DNA of 64,000 nt, taken from positions 6,242,497 through 6,306,496 of the forward strand of contig NC_081387.1 of assembly GCF_030684315.1 (NCBI RefSeq). The letters are read 5' to 3'. Shown piece by piece: positions 15,001-27,000 of the stretch. The stretch comes from Stegostoma tigrinum. Taxonomy: Eukaryota. A program made the translations under genes and the position numbers. Under the pieces are notes generated by a model. It made no database searches. It was not told where the DNA came from and worked only from the letters and a program-made list of their open reading frames with translations. The first letter of the stretch is position 1, and each line of letters opens with the position of its first letter.

Positions 15001-18000
15001 GGGGGGCTTGCCCCGCATTGCCCATGCCGGCAACCTGGGCGTAGGTGGTCCCCCGCCGCGGGCATGCCCTATAGAAGTGGCCCGCTTCCCCACAAAGGTT
15101 GCAGCTTTTCTCTTGTGGGCAATCCTTTGCAAGGTGACCCTCCTTCCTGCAGTTCCTGCAGATGGTTGCAGTCGGCCGCCACGTGACCTGACCTACCGCA
15201 GGCATGGCAGACTTTCGGTTGCCCTGCGTAGGTCAGGGAGCCCTTGCTCCCGCCGATCGCGAAGCTGGATGGTGGGTGTATGATGTTCCCATCCGCGCCC
15301 ATCCTCAGCATCACCCTGACCTGCCTCTTACTGGTCCAGATGCCAAAGGGGTCCATGATGTCAGTTAGGTCCCCTTCCACCTTCGCGTACCTTCCAAGGA
15401 AGGTCAGGACATCAACTGCTGGCACATGCAGGTTGTACATGTGTACAGTCACCATACGGCTCCTCTGCGCTGGCATCACAAACAGCGGGACAGCGGTCAA
15501 TATAGAGAGGGGGCCCTCACCTCCTTTCTCCTTGAAAACCTCCAGGAAGCGCTCGCAAAGCTTGGCACGCCTGAAGGTCACGTCGTAAAAACCTCCTCCG
15601 GGGAAATCCTGCAGGCAGTAAATGTCCGCAGCAGCGAACCCACAACAGTCCAACAGGACCCTCTTCACGAAGAAGGTGCGGTCCACAGGTGCACCTTCAT
15701 CCACCTTCTTCACGGAAACGCGGATGGTGTTCCGGACCCCCTGACCTGGGGCACGAGCACTCGCCGCAGCCATCGTTGCAGGTTGGCTGCTCCCCTGAAC
15801 CAGCGTTAGGCCGAAGCCAGCATTAAGATCCACCAGTTGCAAGGGTGCACAGCCAACCCGACGTCTTCTTTCCAGCTCCAACAGTCGTGCTCTCCTCTTC
15901 TCGGTCCACAAAAGAGTGGGTCTTTATTTTGTTCTGGATGTAAGCTGGTTCACTGAGCTGGAAGGTTTGTTCCCAGACGTTTCATCACCTTTTTTTTTTA
16001 TTTGAAAAAATATACTTTATTCGTAAGATGTACAAAAAATAAAACATATTTACACACCTACCCAGTCATGCAAGCCGCTCCGGGTTACCCAGGGGGTACA
16101 TACACCAACTAAAGGAAAAAAAAACAAAACAGAAAAAAAAACAAAGCAAAGAAAAATACCCCAGCAGTCGTCACCCCGCACAGCCCCAGTTGGCCCCCTG
16201 ACCAGTTGGGGAAGGCGCCAGCTGGGCCCAGTTACCAGATAGGATTCTTTTCCCTTTTCTGGACGAGGGGGCTCATACGGTGGTCTTTCCCCACCGCGCC
16301 TTGGCGGCGGCTGCCCCAAGCTTTAGCGCGTCCCTCAGCACGTAGCCCTGGACCTTGGAGTGCGCCAGTCTGCAACACTCGGTCGGGGTCAGTTCTTTCA
16401 GCTGGCAGACCAGCAAGTTGCGGGCAGACCAAAGAGCGTCTTTCACCGCATTGATGGTCCTCCAGGCGCAGTTGATGTTGGTCTCGGTGTGCGTCCCGGG
16501 AAACAGCCCGTAGAGCATGGAGTCCCGCGTCACGGAGCTGCTCGGGACGAACCTCGACAAATACCACTGCATCCCCCTCCAGACCTCCTGCGCATAGGCA
16601 CACTCCACAAGGAGGTGATCAACAGTCTCGTCCCCCCCGCAGCCACCTCGAGGGCAGCGTGCGGTGGTGCAGAGATTCCGGGCATGCATAAAGGATCTCA
16701 CTGGCAGAGCCCCTCTCACCGCCAGCCAAGCAATGTCCTTGTGCTTGTTTGAAAGTTCTGGCGATGAGGCATTCTGCCAAACGACTTTGGCAGTCTGCAT
16801 GGGGAACCACACGACGGGATCCACCCTCTCCTTTTCCCGAAGGGTCCTGAGGATACTACGTGCTGACCACTGCCTGACGGCCTTGTGGTCAAAGGTGTTT
16901 CCTTTCAAAAATTTCTCCACGAAGGACAGGTGGTACGGAACGGTCCAACTACTCGGAGCGTTCCGCGGCAACGAGGCCAGGCCCATCCTTCGCAACACCG
17001 GGGACAGGTAGAACCTCAGTAAGTAGTGACACTTGGTGTTTGCGTACTGAGGATCTACGCACAGCTTGATGCAGCCACACACAAAGGTAGCCGTCAGGGC
17101 GAGGGTGGCGTTCGGTACACCCTTTCCCCCATTTCCCAGGTCTTTGTACATGGTATCTCTGCGGACCCGGTCCATCCTCGACCCCCAAATGAAGTGGAAG
17201 ATGGCCCGGGTGACCGCAGCGGCGCAGGTCCAGGTAATAGGCCAGGCCTGCGCCACATACAACAGTACCGAAAGCCCCTCGCACCTGACAACCAGGTTCT
17301 TACCCGCGATGGAGAGGGACCGGAGCGTCCACCTGCCCAGCTTCTGCTTAAATTTGGAGATACGCTCCTCCCAAGTCTTAGTGCATGCCCCAGCTCCACC
17401 AAACCAAACACCCAGCACCTTCAGGTAGTCTGTCCTGACGGTGAAGGGGATGAAGGAGCGGTCGTCCCAGTTCCCGAAGAACATGACCTCGCTCTTACCC
17501 CTATTGACTTTGGCACCCGAGGCCAGTTCAAACTGGCCGCAGATGTCCAACAGCCTACTCACCGACCGACGATCGGTGCAGAAGACGGCGACATCATCCA
17601 TGTACAGGGAGGTCTTGACCTGCAGGCCTCCGCTGCCTGGGATAGTCACGCCCCTCAGGCTCACGTCCTTCCTGATGGAGGCGGCGAAGGGCTCCACACA
17701 GCACACGAACAAGGCAGGAGAGAGCGGGCAGCCCTGCCTGACTCCAGATCTAACAGGAAAACTGTCTGATTCCCACCCGTTGATCGAGACTGCGCTAACG
17801 ATGTTGGCGTAGAGCAGCCGGATCCAATTGCGGATGCCCTCCCCGAACCCCAATTTGGAGAGGACGTCCCTCATGTAAGCATGAGAGACCCTGTCGAAGG
17901 CCTTCTCCTGGTCCAGGCTGACGAGGCAGGTGTCCACCCGCCTGTCCTGTACGTAGGCGATCATATCCCTGATGAGCGCGAGGCTCTCAGCGATCTTCCT

Positions 18001-21000
18001 GCCCGGCACAGCACAGGTTTGGTCAGGGTGAATCACCGACTCCAGGACAGACCTGACCCGGTTGGCAATGACCTTGGCCAGGATTTTGTAGTCCACGTTC
18101 AAAAGTGAAATGGGACGCCAATTCTTAATTTCTTCCCTCTCCCCCTTCCTCTTGTAAATGAGGGTGATGATGCCCTTCCTCATGGACTTGCACATTTCCC
18201 CTGCCCGAAGCGCACTATCGTACACCTCCAGCAGGTCCTGGCCGACCAGGCCCCACAGAGCAGAATACAGCTCGACCGGTAAGCCATCACTTCCGGGAGT
18301 CCTATTCCTCTGCAAGGACTTGAGGGCTCTGGCCAGCTCGTCCAGGGATATCGGCCGGTCCAGCCACTCCCTCGTGCCGTCGTCTAAGACCTCCGTGATA
18401 GACGACAGGAACGACTCGGAGGCCGTGCTGTCCGTGGGCTTCGTGTCGTACAGTCCGGCAGAGAAGGATCTGCTGATCCTCAAAACGTCGGGCCGAGACG
18501 ACGTCACCGAGCCGTCGTCCTCCTTCAGCCGGCTAAGCACAGAGCTCTCTTTGTGCACCTTCTGAAAGAAGAAACGCGAGCACGTCTCGTCCTGCTCCAC
18601 GGAGCGGACCCTGGACCGGAAGATTATCCTGGAGGCCTCCACGGCGAAGAGCGAGGCTTGCTGGCCCCTCACCTCGCGGAGGTCCTCCGTGACATCGACC
18701 CCCATCAACTGCAGAAGGAGCAGGTTCTGCACCCTTTTCTGGACTCGCGACAGCTTTCCCCGCCTCTCTCTTACCTTCTGAACACCCTTGAGGACAAAGA
18801 ACCTCTTGATGTTCTCCTTCACCGTCTCCCACCAGTCGCCTGGAGACTCAAAGAGGGGTTTCACGGTTCTCCAACCGGTGTACTCCCTCTTAAGCTCCTC
18901 GACGTTCTCTGGGGTCAACAGAGTCGTGTTGAGCTTCCACGTCCCCTTGCCGGCCGGCTGGTCGTCCTCTAAGTGACAGTCGGCCAACAGGAGGCAGTGG
19001 TCAGAGAAGAACACCGGCTCGACACCAGTGGATCTGACCGAGAACGTCCGTGACACAAACAGGAAGTCTATCCTTGAGCGGATAGACCCGTCTGGCCGCG
19101 ACCAGGTGTACCTCTGCTGCGCTCCGTCTGCAGGGGTGCTGAAGACGTCGAGCAGCTTAGCGTCCTTCACCGTGCCCATCAGGAATCTGGACGTGACGTC
19201 CAGTTGAATCCCCCCACCCGCTGTCCCCACGCCGGATCTTCCATCTGCATCAATGATGCAGTTGAAGTCTCCGCCTAGGATGACCGGCCTGGACGTAGCC
19301 AGCAGGGGTGGAAGCCGCTGCAGGACGTCCAACCGCTCACTCCGTATCACTGGGGCGTACACGTTGATCAGCCTCAGGGGAGCATTCCTGTAGGTGATGT
19401 CAGCCACTAGGAGGCGCCCCCCCACCACCTCCTGAACTTGAGAGATGGTGAAGTTGCGCCCCCGCAGCAGAATAGCCAGGCCCGAGGAGCGACAGTCGTT
19501 ACCCCCCGACCAGATCGAAGGCCCACAGGTCCAGGCGCCGGACCATTTCCCGTACCTGCCGAGGTGCGGTATCCCGCACTCCTGCAGAAACAGGAGGTCC
19601 GCCTTGATGGTGGTCAGGTAGGCCAACGTGGACACACATCTCGCGGTTGACTTGACGCTGCGCACATTAATGCTCGCAATTCGTACCCCCATTGTGGGCA
19701 GTGACCGCAGTACCCTCCCCAGGTCCAAGGTCCAGCCCCTCCATCTGTCCCTTCATGCCCATTGCCCGGGCTAACTGCTGGACGCTCTCTGGGCTCAGGA
19801 AACCATCTGTGCTGCCTTCCGGGTGGCATCCCCCCGCCAGGGGTGCGGAGGCAGGAGGGTCCGGCTCCGGATCAGGCTGGGGACTTGCTGTTTCCTCCTT
19901 CCCGCCTGGAAGTTCCGGGGGGCCCTCCAGTGCTCCAGCGGCACTTGACTGGGTGTCGGAGTGAGCCTCAGGACGCCTCCCGTCACCTGGAAGCGGGGTG
20001 CTGCTTTCCTTCCCCCTCGAGACCTTTAACTTCTGCTTCGGGTGGGCCCTCTCCGAATCCTCCTCGTCAGAGGAGCTCTTATAGCCCCCCTGTAGCTGCC
20101 TCTTCCCTCCTGATTGTTGCGGTTCCTGGGCCCGTCGACGCACCTTCCTCCTCGCTTTCCGGACTGTAGTCCACTCCCCTGGGCTGCCTGCCGCCGCCTC
20201 CATTGGCTCCGGGTTGTCGGGGGGGATCGGAGCCTGCAGGGGTGCTTTGCTGGCCTCGGGCCCATCCTGCAGGGCTGGGCCCTCCTGCACGGCCTGGCCC
20301 TCCTGCACATTAGTGGGGTCCTTGCTGGGCCCTGGTGCCTTCTTCTCCTCCGGGGGGCTGGCCCCGCATTGCCCCTGCCGGCGACCTGGGCGTAGGTGGT
20401 ACCCCGCCGCGGGCATGCCCTATAGAAGTGGCCCGCTTCCCCGCAAAGGTTGCAGCTTCTCTCTCGTGGGCAATCCTTTGCAAGGTGTCCCTCCTTCCTG
20501 CAGTTCCTGCAGATGGTGGCTTTGCAGTCGGCCACCACGTGACCTGACCTACCACAGGCATGGCAGACTTTAGGTTGCCCTGCATAGGTCAGGTAGCCCC
20601 TGCTCCCGCCGATCGCGAAGCTGGACGGTGGGTGTGCGACATTCCCGTCTGCGCCCATCCTCAGCGTCACCTTGACCTGCCTCTTACTCGTCCAGATGCC
20701 AAAGGGGTCCACGATGTCAGTTAGGTCCGCTTCTACCTTCACGTACCTTCCGAGGAAGGTCAGGACATCAACTGCTGGCACATGCGGATTGTACATGTGT
20801 ACAGTCACCATACGGCTCCTCTGCGCTGGCATCACAAACAGCGGGACAGCGGTCAATACCGAGAGGGGGCCCTCACCTCCTTTCTCCTTGAAAACCTCCA
20901 GGAAGCGCTCGCAAAGCTTGGCACTCCGGAAGGTCACGTCGTAAAAACCCCCTCCGGGGAAATCCTGCAGGCAGTAAATGTCCGCAGCAGCAAACTCACA

Positions 21001-24000
21001 ACAGTCCAACAGGACCCTCTTCACGAAGAAGGTGCGGTCCACAGGTGCACCTTCATCCACCTTCTTTACAGAAACACGGATGGTGTTCCGGACCCCCTGA
21101 CCTGGGGCACGAGCACTTGCCGCAGCCATCGTTGCAGGTTGGCTGCTCCCCTGAACCAGCGTTAGGCCGAAGCCAGCATTAAGATCCACTGGTCGCAAGG
21201 GTGCACAGCCAACCCAACGTCCTCCTTTCACCTCCAAGACAGCACTCTCGTCCTCTCAGTCCACAAGAGAGTGGGTCTTTATTGTGTTTGAGATGTAAGC
21301 TAGTTCACTGAGCTGTGAGGTTTGTCCCCAGATGTTTTGTCACCATTCTAGGTAACATCAACAGTGAGCCTCCGATGAAGCGCTGGTGCTATGTCCCACT
21401 TTCTATTTATCTGTTTAGGTTTCCTTGGATTGGTGATGTCATTTCCTGCATTGGTGATGTCATTTCCTGTTCTTTTTCTCAGAGGATGGTAGGTTGGCTC
21501 CGAATCAATCAACACATTGTCAACACAATCAACATCAACAAACCTAAACAGATAAATAGAAAGCGGGACATAACACCAGCGCTTCTTCGTAGACTCACTG
21601 ATGACGTTACCTAGAATGGTGACGAAACGTCTGAAAACTAACCTTTGAGCTCAGCGAGCAAACTCACATCCAGAAACTCAACCTGAGCTACAAATCTTCT
21701 CAAAACTCACTCATTCATTTTGTCTTCTGTGTCTGGCTGTAGTGGTGAGGAGAGGTTGCGGATAGCTGCTGAGCAGCTGATCCAGCCCATTCCTCATGGC
21801 CATGGCAATTGTGGCTTGAGCAACTGTCGAACCCTTGATGGCTTGGGGTTAGTCCTTCTCCTTGGAGTTTCAGAGGCAGAGTGAACGATCGCTCAATCCT
21901 CAGGAGTTCACTTGGATGGTCCTTCGGTCCTTGGAAGTTGAGAATGGGCCCCAGTCCTCAAGAGTTGGGACAGCCTCCATGTCTGGTGGCAGGTGCAGTA
22001 TCGGTAGCCATGAGGCAGCTTTGGCAGAGGTGACATCCTGGGTCTGGTCGGCGACTGTGCACACTGCTTCAGCACGCTTCCTCCTCAGTGTTGCGGCCTC
22101 AGGGCCAACTTTGCTGGATGTTGAGTAAGGCATAACTCATAGCTACTTCTGAAATCAAGAATCCATGGTTGGAGCAAAAAGTGGAATTTTTCTTCACTTT
22201 GTTTGCATTGTTTCTCTTTTATAGTGTATACAATTAAGATAGTGCTGGATTAATGGTGGCAGCTTATACACATTTTCATGAACACATAACAATAAATTAC
22301 TGTAGTAACATAATAATAAAGAAATGCAACAGGCTGGAGCATCAACCTAAGGACCGGAAATGACAATGGCAAAAACAGACCTGTCAGCATTGCAAAGTCC
22401 TCGCTACTAAGTCGGGAGTTTGTGCTAAAATTGGGTCAGCTGTCTCTCACTAGTCATACTAGACATAGTCATACTCATGGAATCATACCTTTTAAACAAT
22501 GAAACCAACAACACCTCCATCATCCCTGGATAGGTACTTTCCCACCAGCAGGGCAGAGCCAGTAAAGATGACAGCACAGTGGTATACAGTCATATGCTCC
22601 TCCATGTTGAAAGCACCTGGAAGAATCAGAGGGTGGCAAGGGCACAGAATGCACTTGGGTGCCCGATTTCAATGTCCACCACCCACAGTGGCTCAGTAGT
22701 ACGACTACTGATCAAGCTGGTTGGGTCCGAAAGGACATCACTGTCAGACAGGGTCTATGGCATGGGGTAAGGCAACCAACAAAAAGGGAGAAACATATTT
22801 GATCTTATCCTTACCAATCTGCTAGCTGCAGGTGCATCTGTCCATGACAGTTCCAGAAAGAGTGACCGCCGTACAGTCCTCTTGGAGATAATGTCTCCCT
22901 TTCACGTTAATAATACACTCCATCATGTGGTGTGGCATGACAATCATGCAAATTGGGTCAGGTTTTGAATAGATTAAGTGACTCAAGACTGGGCTTCCGT
23001 GAGGCAGTGTGGGTAATCAACAGCAGCAGAACTGTGCTCCAAAACAGTCTGCAACCTCATGGCTTGCAATATCCCTCACTCGACTATAGTCACTAAGCCA
23101 GGGGTTACCTCTAGTTCAATGGAGAATGCAGGAAGGCATGCCAGGAGAAGCACCAGGCACACCTAAAAATGAGCTGTCAATGTGGTGACATTACCAAATA
23201 GTGCTACTTGCATGCCAAACAGCATAAGCTGATATCCACAGCTAAGCAGTCCCACACCAATTGATCAGATCTAAGATCTGCAGTCCTGCCACGTCCAGTT
23301 GCTCATGGTGGTAAACAATTAAATAACTGACTGGAGAAAGAAGGCACCAAAATATCCCATCCTCAGTGATGGGTAAGCCCAACATGCCAGTGCAAAAAGA
23401 TAAACTTGGAGCATTCACAACAGTATTTGACCAGAAGTTCCGAGTAGATCATACATCTTGGTCTCATCTGGTGGTTCCCATCGTTACAGATTTCAGTCTT
23501 CAGCCAATTTAATTCTCTCCAGGTGACACCAATAAATGGCTGGAGGCACTGGAAACTATTAAGACTCTCGGTCCTGACAACATTCTGAAATAATATTGGA
23601 GACTTGTGGCCCAGAGACTTGTGCTGCTCCCTTAGTCAAGCTGTCCCAGCATAGCTGCAACACTGGCATCCCCCTGACACTATGGAAAATTGCCCAGTAT
23701 GTCTTGTACACAAAAGCAGGACAAATCCAACGCAATCAATTCCCACCCCCATCAGTCTACCCTCAATCATTAGTAAATTGATGGAAGATGTCCTTGGGAG
23801 GGTTATCAAGCAGCACATGCTCAGCAATAATCTGCTTAGTGATGCCCAGTTTGCATTCCGCCAGGGCCACTTGGCTCCCAAAATCATTACAGCCTTGGCT
23901 GAAACATGGACAAAAGAGCTGAATTCCACAGGTGAGACTGACCGAGCGTGACATCAAGGATGTCTAGAACAATTGGAATCAGTGGGAAATCTCTTTGCTG

Positions 24001-27000
24001 ATTGGAGTCATAACTTACAGAAAGGAAGATAGCTGTTCTTTAAATCATGGGTCATAGAATGCCTACAGTGTGGAAACATTCACCCATTGCCCTCCCAAGA
24101 ACATCCCGCCCAGACCCATCCCCTTACCTTGGCCCTGTAACCCACATTTTCCATGGCGAACACCCAACCTGCACATGTTTGGACTATGGGAGGAAACTGG
24201 AGCTTCCAAAGGAAACCCACGCAGGCATAATGGCAATGCACAAACTCCAGTCAGTCACCCGAGGGTGGAATCAAACATGGGTCCCTAGTACTGAGGCAGC
24301 AGTGCCAACCACTGAGCTACTGCATTTCTCTAACCACTGTGCCATTCTTGTTGGAGGTTAGTGATCTCAAGCTCCAGAACATCTCTGCAGGAGTTCCTCA
24401 GGGTAATATTCAAGGTCCAAACATCTTCAGCTGCTTCATCAATGACCTTCGCTCCATCACAAGGTCAGAAGTGGGAATGTACGCTGATGATTGTGCAATG
24501 TTCAGCACCATTCGAGACTCCTCTGATGAGAAACCAATACATGTTAAAATGTAACAAGATCTGACCTATATCCAGGCTTGAGCTGATGATTGGCAAGTAA
24601 CATTTGTACCACACAAATGCCAGGTACTGACCATCTCCAGTAAGAGACCATATAGCCACCATCCCTTGATACTCAATGCTGTTATCATCACTGAATCTCC
24701 CATTCTTAATAACCTGGGAAGTACCATTGACTAGGAACTCAACTGGACTCACCATATAAATACAGTGGCTCCAATAGCAGATCAGAGGTAAAGCACACTG
24801 CAGCAAGTAACTCACCTCCTGAATTCCCGAAGCATTTCCATCATCTAACATAGTCAAGTCAGGAGTAGAATATAGAACATAGAACAATACAGCGCAGAAC
24901 AGGCCTTTCGGCCCTCGATGTTGCGCCAACCTGTGAACTAATCTAAGCCCATCCCCCTACACTATCCCATCATCATCCATCTGCTTATCCAAGGACTGTT
25001 TAAATGCCCCTAATGTGGCTGAGTTAACTACGTTGGCAGGCAGGGCGTTCCACGCCCTTACCACTCTCTGAGTAAATAACCTGCCTCTGACATTTGTCTT
25101 CAATCTATCACCCCTCAATTTGTAGCTATGCCCCCTCGTACAAGCTGACATCAACATCCTCGGAAAAAGACTCTCACAGTCCACCCTAACTAATCCTCTG
25201 ATCTTCTTGTATGTCTCTATTAAATCCCCTCTTAGCCTTCTTCTCTCCAATGAGAACAGATCCAAGTCCCTCAGCCTTTTTTCATAAGACCTTTGCTCCA
25301 GACCAGGCAACATCCTGGTAAATCTCCTCTGCACCTTTTCCAATGCTTCCAAATCCTTCCTGTAATGGGGCGACCAGAACTGCACGCAATATTCCAAGTG
25401 AGGCCACACTATGATGGTATACTCTCCCTAGATGGGCGCAGCTTCAGCAACACAGAAAAAAATCTTGACACCATCAGGACTAGGCAGCCCACGTGATCGG
25501 CAACACATCCAGAAGCATCCACCTCCTTCACCATTGACACTCAGTACACACTGCTACAATCACAAGATGCACCACAGAAATTCACCAAAGATCCTTAGAC
25601 AGCACCTTCCAAACTGCCAACCACTGCTACCCTCGAGGACAAGGGCAGCAGATACAAGGAAACAGCCACATCTGCAAGCTCTCCTCCAAGCTACTCACCA
25701 TCCTGACTTGGAAATATATCACTGTTTCTTCACTGCCACTGGATCAAAGTCCTATCGTTCCCTCTCCAAGGACATTTTGCATCTAGCTAGAACACATACG
25801 CTGCAGTGACTCAATTACACAGCTCACCACCACTTTCCCAGGGCAACTAGGCACATGCAGTAAATGCAGCTCAGCCTGTGGTGCACAAACACAAGGCAAT
25901 TTATAAAAAAACAAAAGGGAAAGAGTAAAGGAAAATCAAATGACATTGGCAGGAAAGGTCTAGCAGATAGCAGAATGGTTCAACACTCCTGTTGCACAGT
26001 TCCCATCCAACAGGAAAATCACCTGTCATTCACTGCCTTCACTTCAAATGAATAAACTCACTTGATGTTTGGTTTTCTTTCTGGAGCCATTCATCAGCCT
26101 GTCCCTTAATGATTCCATGGAAGCCAGATTCGGTGATAGTGCACTGTTCCCAGTAAGTCTTGTCAAATGCTTCCGCCATCCATTTTTGCCTTGGAACGGT
26201 TATTTTCATATTGCTGTCAAAATAGTATATCTCACAGCCATCCAAAATCCCCAGGACACTATACTCTGGTAAATCAGGTCTCCCATGATTTAAGGTGTAC
26301 TGATACAGCAGGGAATGAGACTCTAGAGGAGAAAAAGAAGAAATCCTCACTATTGGCAAATCAAACACTGAAAATATCACAAAACTAAAACAAAACAACA
26401 AATTTCAGAGTCTGGAGTTCTGAAACTAAAACAGAAATTGCTGGCGAAACTCAGTGGGTCTGACGGCATCTGTGGAGTGAAAACAAACTAAAAGGTTTTA
26501 AGTCCAGTGACCCTTCCTCACAGCTGATTGCAGCTTACTAAATGACTTGAAATGATAAGCAAATCATAACACATTACACAGAAGATAAACGTCCGCACTC
26601 CTGTGTTCAATCAATATAGGCACAAAGAGCCTGAGAAATAAACTGTATACATTAAGAAGAAATTTTCGAGAAATATATTCCAAAAATCCTATTTTATGAT
26701 AATGTGCGCTGTTGAAAGCAGCTAACGAAATTTGATCGAGTGACAACAAAGGAAAGGCAGTATCGGTTAGACGGTGAACAGCACAGACAGGAACAGGCAG
26801 GCAAGGGCCTTTCCGAGTATCTGCTTCCTTGGCCTTTGCAAACAGGACAGCCAAGTTTGTGGGCTTCAAAGGTACTATCAGAGGAGGCTTATAGAACTTT
26901 AGAGTCATACAGCACAGAAACAGTTCTTTTGGTCAAACCAGTTGATGCCAAACATAATCCCAAACTGAGCTCGTCCTACCTGCCTGTGCCTGGCACATCC

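Larger units (their letters stand above)
15990..21328 (-). mobile_element. Tx1-type (L1 clade) non-LTR retrotransposon, copy 2, full length
   Basis: 5'UTR, ORF1 with three CCHC knuckles, uninterrupted ORF2, 3'UTR, poly(A) at 15990-15999. Confidence 0.95.
10663..21712. mobile_element. Short non-autonomous Penelope-like element with inverted terminal arms (~420 bp net), interrupted by the two Tx1 copies
   Basis: Left arm 10663-10717 + 21345-~21422 is the reverse complement of right arm ~21541-21672; the whole is flanked by an 11-bp direct repeat ATTCATTTTGT (10652-10662, 21713-21723). Confidence 0.8.
22330..25880 (+). mobile_element. Degenerate CR1/L2-group LINE with nested SINE and CR1 3' end
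   Basis: [42 protein letters not shown]...YADD. Confidence 0.85.

Noticed and set aside
11078-21165. Many overlapping + strand ORFs
   Set aside because: They are antisense shadows of the GC-rich Tx1 ORFs with no recognisable domains.
21724-22140. ORF-like GC-balanced stretch continuous with ~10540-10650 across the insertion
   Set aside because: I could not assign it to any family; it is probably an old TE remnant.
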